This document shows, piece by piece, positions 29,046 through 37,809 of a DNA stretch of 64,000 nucleotides; position 1 is the stretch's first letter, and every line of letters begins with the position of its first letter. Origin of the DNA: Puniceicoccaceae bacterium (lineage in GTDB: Bacteria; Verrucomicrobiota; Verrucomicrobiia; Opitutales; Oceanipulchritudinaceae); the NCBI GenBank assembly GCA_040830765.1, contig JBFOMH010000007.1, positions 4,563-68,562 on the forward strand, given 5' to 3'. Made by a program: the position numbers and the translations under genes. The notes below the pieces were generated by a model. The model saw only the letters and a program-made list of their open reading frames with translations. It did no database searches and was not told where the DNA came from.

Positions 29046-30365
29046 ATGTCATCCATTACGTTTGCGGACCTGCCCTTGGCAGAGTCCCTCCATCGCGCCT
29101 TGCGCGAACAGAATTACACCACGCCGACTCCGATCCAGGAGCAGTCGATTCCACCGCAACTGGAAGGACGGGACCTCATTGGCTGTGCCCAGACAGGCAC
29201 TGGCAAGACAGCGGCCTTCGCCCTGCCCATCCTGCATCACATAGCCGAGCGGCCCAAGGGCCTGAAACGGGGTAAGGCACGGACCTTGGTCCTGACCCCG
29301 ACCCGCGAGCTGGCGGTCCAGGTGGGCAAGAGCTTCACGACCTACGGCAGAAACATGCGGATTCGGCATGCCCTTGTCTACGGAGGCGTCAGCCAGCACC
29401 CCCAGACCCGTTCCCTGCAAAAGGGCGTGGATATCCTGGTGGCTACACCCGGACGCTTGATGGACTTGATGGAGCAGGGACACATTGACCTGAGCGCTGT
29501 TGAGTTTCTCGTCCTTGATGAAGTCGACCGCATGCTCGATATGGGGTTTGTCCATGATGTCCGCCGGATCGTCTCCTCGATCCCGCAGGAGCGCCAGACT
29601 GCGCTCTTCACGGCTACCCTGACTAAAGACGTCGAGAAAATCGCCGCGGCCTTCGTCAAGGAACCGGTACGGGTGACCGTTTCCCCGGAAAAGCCGGTTG
29701 TCGAAAACATCGACCAGGAGGTTTGTTTCATCCGTCCGGAAAACAAAATCCCCCTCCTGCAGGCCTACCTTCGTGGCCAGGCTGACCGGAAAGGCAATCA
29801 TTCAACTATTATCTTCTGCCGCACCAAATATGGAACGGAGAAGCTCTCCAAGCAGTTGAACCGCCATGGCTTCAATTCCGACGCCATCCACGGGGACAAG
29901 TCGCAGGGTGCCCGCCAGCGGGCCCTGAACAACTTCCGTTCCGGCAAGCTCCCCATCCTCGTGGCTACGGATGTTGCCGCCCGGGGAATCGACGTCCGGA
30001 CCATTTCCCTGGTCATCAACTTTGATCTGCCCGAAGCGCCGGACAGCTATGTCCACCGTATCGGCCGGACCGCCCGGGCTGAAGCACACGGTAATGCCGT
30101 CAGCTTTTGTACCGCCAAGGATGTCGGCCTGCTGGCAGCCATCGAAAAGTACATCGGCCTCAAGATTGAGGTGGATACCCACCACCCGTTCCATGACGCG
30201 GCAACTGCCGATCGCTCCACCCACCATAGCAAGCGGCCCCACCGTAAACAGGGATTCAACAAACAACGCCGCTATGGCAAACGGCGCCCGCAAAACGACA
30301 ATCCCTTCAAGGGCAATTTTCGCAAGCGGAAGCGGGAGGGCTCGACACGGGGTGGCAAGCGTTAA
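29046..30365 (+). CDS. rhlE: DEAD-box RNA helicase (RhlE-like)
   Basis: Q motif (TPTPIQ), AQTGTGKT, PTRELAVQ, DEVDRMLDMGF, HGDKSQGARQ, HRIGRTARA and a basic C-terminal tail. Confidence 0.92.
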   Translation: MSSITFADLPLAESLHRALREQNYTTPTPIQEQSIPPQLEGRDLIGCAQTGTGKTAAFALPILHHIAERPKGLKRGKARTLVLTPTRELAVQVGKSFTTYGRNMRIRHALVYGGVSQHPQTRSLQKGVDILVATPGRLMDLMEQGHIDLSAVEFLVLDEVDRMLDMGFVHDVRRIVSSIPQERQTALFTATLTKDVEKIAAAFVKEPVRVTVSPEKPVVENIDQEVCFIRPENKIPLLQAYLRGQADRKGNHSTIIFCRTKYGTEKLSKQLNRHGFNSDAIHGDKSQGARQRALNNFRSGKLPILVATDVAARGIDVRTISLVINFDLPEAPDSYVHRIGRTARAEAHGNAVSFCTAKDVGLLAAIEKYIGLKIEVDTHHPFHDAATADRSTHHSKRPHRKQGFNKQRRYGKRRPQNDNPFKGNFRKRKREGSTRGGKR

Positions 30366-30428
30366 GCTACCGTTGTTCGGTAAGAAAAGGGATTGTGATT
30401 TTCATGGGGCCGACTTTTTATCGGCCTC

Positions 30429-32393
30429 ATGCACCAGACAGTCTCTTACCCCAAACGTCTCCTTGCAATTGGCATTGGAATTTTTGCCTTCCTGCTGAAT
30501 GCCTCAGCCGACATTTCCGTCCCCACCCTCTTTTCCGACCACATGGTCCTACAGCGGGACAAGCCGATCAAGGTCTGGGGTTGGGGTGAACCGGGAGAAG
30601 CGGTAAATGTCCGGATCAGTGACGCTGAGGCCGGTGCATTGACTGGCAGGGATGGCCGCTGGATGGTCGAACTCCCTCCCCTGAAAGCGGGTGGGCCCCA
30701 TACGTTGCTTATTGAAGGCACCAACACGATCACCCTCAAGGATGTCCTCATCGGGGAAGTCTGGATTGCCTCCGGGCAATCCAACATGCAATGGACATCG
30801 GGACGGTCCACCAATGCCGACCTCCATCGGCTTATCGCCACGACATCGTCGGGTATTCGTTTTAACAAGGTCCGCAACCTCGGCAGCCAGGTGCCGCAGG
30901 AAACGACAGACAATGACTGGGTCGTGGCCTCGCCTGGTAGTGTCGATGACAACACCGCCGTCGGCTACGCCTTTGCCAAAACCCTCCATGCTGTTCTGGG
31001 TGTCCCGGTGGGGATCATCGACACCGCCTGGGGTGCTTCCACTTGCGAGGCATGGGTCGACCGTGCGCTTACCGCTTCCGACCCTCAGCTGAAAAATATT
31101 CATGAGGATTGGCTGGCAAAGGAAGCCACTTATGATCACGAGGCGGACATGGCGGCTTATGAAGTCAAGCTGGCTGAATGGGAGGTTCATCAAACAGGAC
31201 CAAAACCACGCAAGCCCCATGACGAAATGGTCTGCCAGCATCGCCCGGGCAATCTCTGGAACGCCCGCACCCTGCCGGTGGCACCCTACACGATTCGGGG
31301 GGTTATCTGGTACCAGGGGGAAGGGAATGCCCAGTCCGTCGACCGGGCGGTGCAATACCATCACCTTTTCAGCACCATGATTGGGGAATGGCGCCAGCTC
31401 TGGGAGGAGGAATTCCCCTTCTACTTTGTCCAGTTGGCGGATTACCGGAAGGAATCTGTCTTTGCACCCAATGAGCCCTGGCCCTTCCTCCGGGAATCGC
31501 AGGCACGGACCATGGAGACAGTTCCCAATACCGGCCAGGCCGTTATCATCGACATCGGTGAAGGCAAGGACATCCACCCGCAGGAGAAGGAAGAGGTTGG
31601 CCGCCGTCTCGCCCGCTGGGCACTGAACAAGGATTACGGCTACACCGGACTGGCCCACCGCGCCCCGGAATTCAAGTCATGGACGCAGGAGGGAGACACC
31701 GTTGTCGTGGATTTCAACTACACGGGTAAAGGCCTGCGTCCTTTCGACACCCACTCTGTACATGGCTTCGTCGTCCGTTCGGAAGACGCACAGTGGCATG
31801 TCGTCGAGGGCAAGGTGGCCAGGAAGCACTCGGTTGAGCTGAAGTTGCCAATGGCCCTGACCGTCACCGCGGTCCGTTATGCCTGGGCTAATAACCCGGT
31901 CTGCAACCTGTTCAGCCTTGACGGGCTGCCCGTTACTCCATTCAGAACCGACACGGAGAATACAGTCATGGAAGATAACTTCAGCGCATCCATCCTCTAC
32001 GATATCGACCGCGCCTTCAGCGCCCGGGCCCGGGAAGTGGGCACGGCCCAGGCGTTCATGGAATTTGCCGCCGAGGACGCGGTCATGTACCGCGACGGAT
32101 CCGAGCCGATCATGGGCAGGAAGGCCATTGGACAGGTTCTTTCCGGTGACAATGGATCCCTGGTTTGGGAACCGGTGGCTGGCGACATCGCTGCCAGCGG
32201 TGATCTCGGCTACACCCGCGGCAAGTTTGTCTACAACACCGCCCCGGGGCCGGATGGCCAACCACCACTGGGTCCCTTCAAGGGCTATTACACTTCCATC
32301 TGGAAAAAGCAAACGGATGGTTCCTGGAAGTGGGTTTACGACGGGGGAATCATTACGGAAAAACCGGCCCCTCCAGAGGAGGCAACAGAGTAA
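30429..32393 (+). CDS. Sialate O-acetylesterase (SASA) family protein fused to a C-terminal NTF2/SnoaL-like (DUF4440-type) domain
   Basis: Signal peptide; FSDHMVLQRD, GEVWIASGQSNM, GVIWYQGEGN, DIHPQEK and VRYAWANNP; the C-terminal ~140 aa contain DIAASGDLGYTRG and YTSIWKKQTDGSWKW. Confidence 0.85.
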   Translation: MHQTVSYPKRLLAIGIGIFAFLLNASADISVPTLFSDHMVLQRDKPIKVWGWGEPGEAVNVRISDAEAGALTGRDGRWMVELPPLKAGGPHTLLIEGTNTITLKDVLIGEVWIASGQSNMQWTSGRSTNADLHRLIATTSSGIRFNKVRNLGSQVPQETTDNDWVVASPGSVDDNTAVGYAFAKTLHAVLGVPVGIIDTAWGASTCEAWVDRALTASDPQLKNIHEDWLAKEATYDHEADMAAYEVKLAEWEVHQTGPKPRKPHDEMVCQHRPGNLWNARTLPVAPYTIRGVIWYQGEGNAQSVDRAVQYHHLFSTMIGEWRQLWEEEFPFYFVQLADYRKESVFAPNEPWPFLRESQARTMETVPNTGQAVIIDIGEGKDIHPQEKEEVGRRLARWALNKDYGYTGLAHRAPEFKSWTQEGDTVVVDFNYTGKGLRPFDTHSVHGFVVRSEDAQWHVVEGKVARKHSVELKLPMALTVTAVRYAWANNPVCNLFSLDGLPVTPFRTDTENTVMEDNFSASILYDIDRAFSARAREVGTAQAFMEFAAEDAVMYRDGSEPIMGRKAIGQVLSGDNGSLVWEPVAGDIAASGDLGYTRGKFVYNTAPGPDGQPPLGPFKGYYTSIWKKQTDGSWKWVYDGGIITEKPAPPEEATE

Positions 32394-32396
32394 GCA

Positions 32397-33050
32397 ATGG
32401 GATCCCGCGACCTGCATCCGACATCCGGCTATTCCCCAGCGGAGGAATGGGCCAATACCATTACCCATGGGATTGGTGCCGTCCTGAGCCTCGTCGGGCT
32501 GGTCGTGGCTGTCGTCTTCGCCTCCTTGAATGCGAATGCCTACCTGATCACCGCCTGCGCCATCTACGGCTCCTCGCTGCTGGTGTTGCACCTGTCATCG
32601 ACCCTCTACCATGCGGCCCGCGATCTGAAGTGGAAACGCCGCTTCCTGGCGGCTGACCATGCCTCGATTTACCTCCTCATCGCCGGGACCTATACCCCGT
32701 TTTGTCTCGGTCCGATGCGCGGACCTGTCGGCTGGACCTTGTTTGGTATCATCTGGGCACTGGCCATTGTCGGGATCTACAAGGAAATCCTCCGGCCCAA
32801 ACGCGGAACCAGTGTCTCGGCGACCATTTACCTCATCATGGGTTGGTTGGTCATCGGGTTCCTGTATCCACTTATTACCTCGATTTCCACCCATGGCCTG
32901 ATCATGCTGCTTATTGGAGGAAGCCTCTATTCCATTGGCGTTGTCTTCTATAAATGGCATTCCCTGAAGTATCATCATGCCATCTGGCACCTCTTTGTCA
33001 TCGGTGGTGCGGCCTGCCAGTTCGTCGCTGTCATGGGATTAATCACCTGA
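32397..33050 (+). CDS. Hemolysin III / PAQR family membrane protein
   Basis: EEWANTITHG, SSTLYH, DHASIYLLIAGTYTPF and HAIWHLFV motifs; 7 TM segments. Confidence 0.93.
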   Translation: MGSRDLHPTSGYSPAEEWANTITHGIGAVLSLVGLVVAVVFASLNANAYLITACAIYGSSLLVLHLSSTLYHAARDLKWKRRFLAADHASIYLLIAGTYTPFCLGPMRGPVGWTLFGIIWALAIVGIYKEILRPKRGTSVSATIYLIMGWLVIGFLYPLITSISTHGLIMLLIGGSLYSIGVVFYKWHSLKYHHAIWHLFVIGGAACQFVAVMGLIT

Positions 33051-33102
33051 CCTTCACAACTCGTCCCACCTCACCGGATGCCAGTCCTTTCCATGGCCGG
33101 AA

Positions 33103-33131
33103 TTGACATAAGGGATTCAACGTGATTTAAC
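33103..33131 (+). promoter_or_regulatory. Candidate sigma70 promoter for the repeat protein
   Basis: TTGACA (33103-33108), 17 nt, then TTTAAC preceded by TGn. The -10 match is weak. Confidence 0.4.
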
Positions 33132-33258
33132 GGCCAGTGGCCATGAAGCCCCGCTACAGCTCTTGGGGCCCCCGTTTGGCAGGCAAGGGTGTGCCGTACA
33201 CCCCAACCCGCTTCCGGCAATGCTATGTCCACCCGGAAGCAACATGGAAACTTGTCCC

Positions 33259-36200
33259 ATGAAAACGATGCGTCTCGTCTACTCGCTTACCCTGTCCGGT
33301 CTCATTCTTTGCCCGCAGACTGTGCTGGCTATTGACTACACCTGGAATGGCGGCACCGGCGACTGGAGCAGTGCCGGAAAATGGACGCCATCTGGCGTTC
33401 CCGCCGATGGAGATTCAGCAACCGTCAACAGCGGAACCGTTACCCTCTCCGGTACCGAGACTGTCGGCATCCTCAATCTGCAGGGTGGCTCACTGACTGG
33501 TCCGGGTTCCCTGACCATGACGAATGCCTTCAACTGGAGCGTGGCCACCATCATGGACTTCAGCGGCATCCTCATTCTTGCCCATGGCGCGACGGCAACG
33601 CTGGACGGCACGGGTAACCATGACATCCGCAACGGCACCATCCAGCTCGAGGGCGATTTGAACCATGTCGGCCCGGGTCACTTACACTTCCACTACGGAG
33701 CCGGCATGGATATCCGTAAGACAGGAGTGGTGGATATCCAGGGTGACCTGGCCTGGAGCCATTATTATGGCAATGCGGCACCCATCACCAACGCTGGCCG
33801 CATCAAGAAGACATCCGGTACCGGACAATTCACCTTCTCCAGTATCACGCCTACCAACACCGAGGATGGTCGAATTGAGGTCCACAGCGGAACCCTGGTT
33901 TTTAATAATGGTGTCAACGGCAGCGGCGTCCTCAATGCATCGAGTGGAGCGGTCCTGCACTCCCCCAACTCCTGCAGCCTGACCAATGTGGACTTGTCCG
34001 GGTTCGGCATCAAGCGCTTCAGCGCAGGCAACCTCACCCTGGCCGGTGATTGCAGCGGTCACAATGTCGAGCTCGCCGGGGCCAAGCTTCTCGGCAGCCA
34101 TACACTCAGTGGCAGCTGGAATTGGATCAGCGGGTTGATTGATGGTACGCCCGAGGACACAACCACCATCGCCGACACCGCCACCTTGACTGTCACCGGT
34201 GAAGGCGATCATGAAATTCGCAACCGCTCCCTGGTCATCAATGGCATCCTCAATCACGAGGGGCCAGGTCGCCTGCATCTCAACTACGGTCCGACGGTCC
34301 AAGTCAGCCTGGGCGGCGTAATCAATATCCAGGGCGATCTTGAATGGGCCCATTCATGGGGGGATGCCGGGACGATAGTCAATGACGGGACGATTTCCAA
34401 GAACGCCGGCGATGGCATCGCTGTCATCAGTAACAATATCATCACCAACCACAACCTGCTCGAACTGACCAGCGGATCCCTGACCCTCAACGGGGTCACT
34501 TTCAACAACATAGGAACAACCCGGATCGACACCGGAACACTTTCCTTTAGTGGCAACGGGACCAGTCCCGGGGAATGGATCCTCGCAGAGGGAGCACTGC
34601 TCACCTTCACCGGCGGCAGTCCGATCATCGGGGAAGTTGCCTCCTTCACTGGTCTCGGTAACGTGAAAATTGCCGGGGCCACCGTTGCCTTCAATGGCCC
34701 GGTCAGGGTGCCCCGCCTGGAGTTGTCCACCGGTACCATAGCCGGATCGGGCGTGCTGTCCGTGACCAAGGCCTTCGGGTGGACCCGTAACTCAATGGTC
34801 AATGGTGCCCTCTCCATTGTCATTGAGAATGGTGCCGTTGGAACCATCTCGGGCGACGGCGACCACGACTTCCGGACCGGCAACCTGATCGTCGAGGGAA
34901 CGCTTGAGCACCACGGACCCGGCAATCTGGTTTTTAATTACGGGGCGACCGTGGATATCGCCATCGGTGGCGTGGTCGACATCATGGGCGACTACGCCTG
35001 GGGCTATAACTGGGGAGACGCGCCCGTCATGACCAACGCTGGAACCTTCGTTAAAAGCGCTGGCTCAGGTGACACCACCATCCAGAACGTCAGACCCACC
35101 AATACCCCCGATGGGACCTTTCAGGCTTTGTCCGGCACCCTTGTGCTTAAAAGCGGCCTCAATGGCGGCGGCACCTTGGATGCGTCCGTGGGCGCGCTCA
35201 TCACTATCCCGGCGTCTTCCAGCCTGACCAGCCTTACCCTGTCGGGCGAAGGCATCAAGCGTTTCACCGGCGGTGACCTCATCCTCGCCGGCGACTGCAC
35301 GGGCAACAAAGTCGAACTGGCCGGGACCCGGCTGCTTGGCAGCCATACACTGAGGGGAAACTGGAAGTGGATCAGCGGCATGATTGAAGGTCAGGACGAA
35401 ACCACCACCATCGCCAGTGGTGCTGTCTTTTCGGTTGCTGGAGAGGGCGACCACGACTTGCGTTACCGCACGGTCCTGATTGAGGGCTTTCTCAATCATG
35501 ACGGTCCCGGACGACTCCACCTTAACTATGGTCCAACGGTCCAGACAACCCTCGATGGCGTCATTAATATCCTCGGCGATCTGGAATGGCCACATTCATG
35601 GGGCGATGCGGGAACCATCATCAATGGCGGGACAATCTCCAAGAGCCTTGGGGATGGCATTGCAGTCATCAGCAACAACATCCTGACCAACAACAACCTG
35701 ATTGAGCTGACCAGCGGCTCGCTGACCCTGAATGGTGTCACGTTCACGAACAACGGCCAGGCCCGGATTGACGCCGGCACCCTCTCCTTCAGCGGGAACG
35801 GCACCAGCACCGGTCAATGGACGACCGCTGAGGGGACCCGTGTCAATTTCACCGGCGGCAGTCCGGTCATCGGTTCAGGCTCCACCTTCACTGGCCTCGG
35901 GGAATGGAAAGTCGCCGGAGCAACTGTCTACTTTGATGGAACGGTCAGTGTACCCAGGCTGGAGTTGAACTCCGGCAAGATTGCCGGATCAGGGATGCTC
36001 AGCGTGACCAAGGCCTTCGGCTGGACAAATGACTCCTTTGTTGATGGCACCCTCTCCATCATCATTGAAGACGGGGCCATTGGTACGATTTCAGGGGAAG
36101 GCAACCACGACTTCCGGGTTGGCAATCTCACTGTCCGGGGAACACTGGAGCACCACGGACCGGGGCAGCTCCTGTTCAATTACGGGGCGACCGTGGACAA

Positions 36201-37809
36201 CCACGGGGTTGTGGACATCAAAGGCGACTTTACCTGGGGCTATCACTGGGGCGATGCACCTACCGTGACCAACGCCGGTATCTTCGTTAAGAGTTCCGGT
36301 TCCGAAACGGCCACGGTTCATAATATCAAGCCCACTAACACGCCCGAAGGGACCTTTGAGGTCTTGTCTGGCACCCTTGCCCTCAACAGCGGCCTGAACG
36401 GTGGGGGTATCCTTCAGGCTGCCGAGGGTGGCTTGTTACACATCCCCACCACCTCCAACCTCACCAATGTCAACCTCCCCGGAAACGGCATCAAGCGCTT
36501 CTCTGGAGGCAACCTTACCCTCGCCGGCTATTGCAGCGGTAATAATGTGGAGCTCGCCGGAGCCAAGCTCTTCGGGAGCCACACCCTCAGGGGCCATTGG
36601 TACTGGATCAGTGGCATAATCGAGGGAACAACAGAGGATACCACCACGATTGCCCCCGGGGCCGTCCTATCGGCCACAGGGGACGGCGACCACGACATCC
36701 GTAACCGGACCCTGAGTGTCGAAGGCACCCTCAACCACGACGGTCCCGGTCGACTCCATCTCAACTACGGCACAAATCTCCGGACCGTCCCGGGCGGGAC
36801 CATCAACATCCAGGACGATCTCGTCTGGCAGTATTCATGGGGCAATGCCCCGGCCATCTCCAATGAAGGCACTATCGCCAAGACTGGCGGTGAGGGCGAA
36901 GTGGTCTTTAATAGTCCCCGGCCAGTTAATAAATCCACCGGCCGCATCGAGTCGCACAGTGGAACCATCCGCTTCCCGGGTGGAGTAACCGAAGGTGGCA
37001 CCTTCCATGCCGCAGAGGGCGCGCAGATCCTTATCGAGAACAGCTCCAGCCTTACGGATGTCCGCTTCAGCGGTCCAGGTATCCAGTTGCTCACGGGCGG
37101 TGATGTTACCCTTTCCGGCGACTGCCATTCGGAGAACCTGGAAATCCACGGGGCCGACATCCTCGGCACCCACACCCTCCATGGCACATGGCACTGGCGG
37201 ACAGGGGAGTTCAGGGGTCCCGGTACCACCACCCTCGCCCCCTATGCCTACCTGCGCCTTATTGGCGACACCGACCACATCCTCCGCGGTCGAGACTTAA
37301 CCAATACAGGCTTCATCTGGCATGAGGGGATGGGCCGCCTTGTCCTCGCCGACAACGCCAGCCTGAGCAACGCCCCGACGGGTGCCTGTGTCCTTGCCAG
37401 TGATTCCTCATGGACAAACGCTGAGGGGCAGGAAGCCACCTTTATCAACAACGGGGTGATCTACAAAATCGGCCAGACAGGGGCCAGCTGGTTCGACCTC
37501 GATTTCCAGAACAACGGCGCTCTCGTTTCCTACATGGGCTGGTTTGTCGTCGAGGACTGGGTCTGGCACGCCGAGCAAGGCTGGATTTACTGCATCATGG
37601 TCGACGACAGAAGTTTGTATTACTATGATGCCGGTGTCGATTGCTGGGCCTGGACCGGCCCGGAGTACTATGCGTGGATTTACTGGTTTTGGCCCATCGA
37701 GAGGTGGAGCTACTGCGTCTGGGCCGTCCCGGGGGAACGGTGGTTCTGGATCTATCCCGAGGATATCCACAAGCCGGAAGAGGAAATGATGCCCCAGCCG
37801 TCCCTATGA
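33259..37809 (+). CDS. Large secreted beta-helix-like repeat protein (~1516 aa) with seven ~200-aa modules and a Trp/Tyr-rich C-terminal domain
   Basis: Signal peptide MKTMRLVYSLTLSGLILCPQTVLA followed by IDYTWNGGTGDW; G/T/N/S-rich repeats; recurring GxHDxR and HxGPGxL motifs. The ORF track start (33163) is probably over-extended. Confidence 0.85.
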   Translation: MKTMRLVYSLTLSGLILCPQTVLAIDYTWNGGTGDWSSAGKWTPSGVPADGDSATVNSGTVTLSGTETVGILNLQGGSLTGPGSLTMTNAFNWSVATIMDFSGILILAHGATATLDGTGNHDIRNGTIQLEGDLNHVGPGHLHFHYGAGMDIRKTGVVDIQGDLAWSHYYGNAAPITNAGRIKKTSGTGQFTFSSITPTNTEDGRIEVHSGTLVFNNGVNGSGVLNASSGAVLHSPNSCSLTNVDLSGFGIKRFSAGNLTLAGDCSGHNVELAGAKLLGSHTLSGSWNWISGLIDGTPEDTTTIADTATLTVTGEGDHEIRNRSLVINGILNHEGPGRLHLNYGPTVQVSLGGVINIQGDLEWAHSWGDAGTIVNDGTISKNAGDGIAVISNNIITNHNLLELTSGSLTLNGVTFNNIGTTRIDTGTLSFSGNGTSPGEWILAEGALLTFTGGSPIIGEVASFTGLGNVKIAGATVAFNGPVRVPRLELSTGTIAGSGVLSVTKAFGWTRNSMVNGALSIVIENGAVGTISGDGDHDFRTGNLIVEGTLEHHGPGNLVFNYGATVDIAIGGVVDIMGDYAWGYNWGDAPVMTNAGTFVKSAGSGDTTIQNVRPTNTPDGTFQALSGTLVLKSGLNGGGTLDASVGALITIPASSSLTSLTLSGEGIKRFTGGDLILAGDCTGNKVELAGTRLLGSHTLRGNWKWISGMIEGQDETTTIASGAVFSVAGEGDHDLRYRTVLIEGFLNHDGPGRLHLNYGPTVQTTLDGVINILGDLEWPHSWGDAGTIINGGTISKSLGDGIAVISNNILTNNNLIELTSGSLTLNGVTFTNNGQARIDAGTLSFSGNGTSTGQWTTAEGTRVNFTGGSPVIGSGSTFTGLGEWKVAGATVYFDGTVSVPRLELNSGKIAGSGMLSVTKAFGWTNDSFVDGTLSIIIEDGAIGTISGEGNHDFRVGNLTVRGTLEHHGPGQLLFNYGATVDNHGVVDIKGDFTWGYHWGDAPTVTNAGIFVKSSGSETATVHNIKPTNTPEGTFEVLSGTLALNSGLNGGGILQAAEGGLLHIPTTSNLTNVNLPGNGIKRFSGGNLTLAGYCSGNNVELAGAKLFGSHTLRGHWYWISGIIEGTTEDTTTIAPGAVLSATGDGDHDIRNRTLSVEGTLNHDGPGRLHLNYGTNLRTVPGGTINIQDDLVWQYSWGNAPAISNEGTIAKTGGEGEVVFNSPRPVNKSTGRIESHSGTIRFPGGVTEGGTFHAAEGAQILIENSSSLTDVRFSGPGIQLLTGGDVTLSGDCHSENLEIHGADILGTHTLHGTWHWRTGEFRGPGTTTLAPYAYLRLIGDTDHILRGRDLTNTGFIWHEGMGRLVLADNASLSNAPTGACVLASDSSWTNAEGQEATFINNGVIYKIGQTGASWFDLDFQNNGALVSYMGWFVVEDWVWHAEQGWIYCIMVDDRSLYYYDAGVDCWAWTGPEYYAWIYWFWPIERWSYCVWAVPGERWFWIYPEDIHKPEEEMMPQPSL

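Noticed and set aside
32397-33050. Hemolysin / virulence factor
   Set aside because: The HlyIII/PAQR family is a widespread membrane-homeostasis family, and the name does not imply toxin function.
33140-33170. c-di-GMP-I riboswitch (minus-strand GTAGCGGGG resembles its 3' end)
   Set aside because: Wrong strand for the downstream gene, and the 5' GNRA/GCAAA elements are missing.
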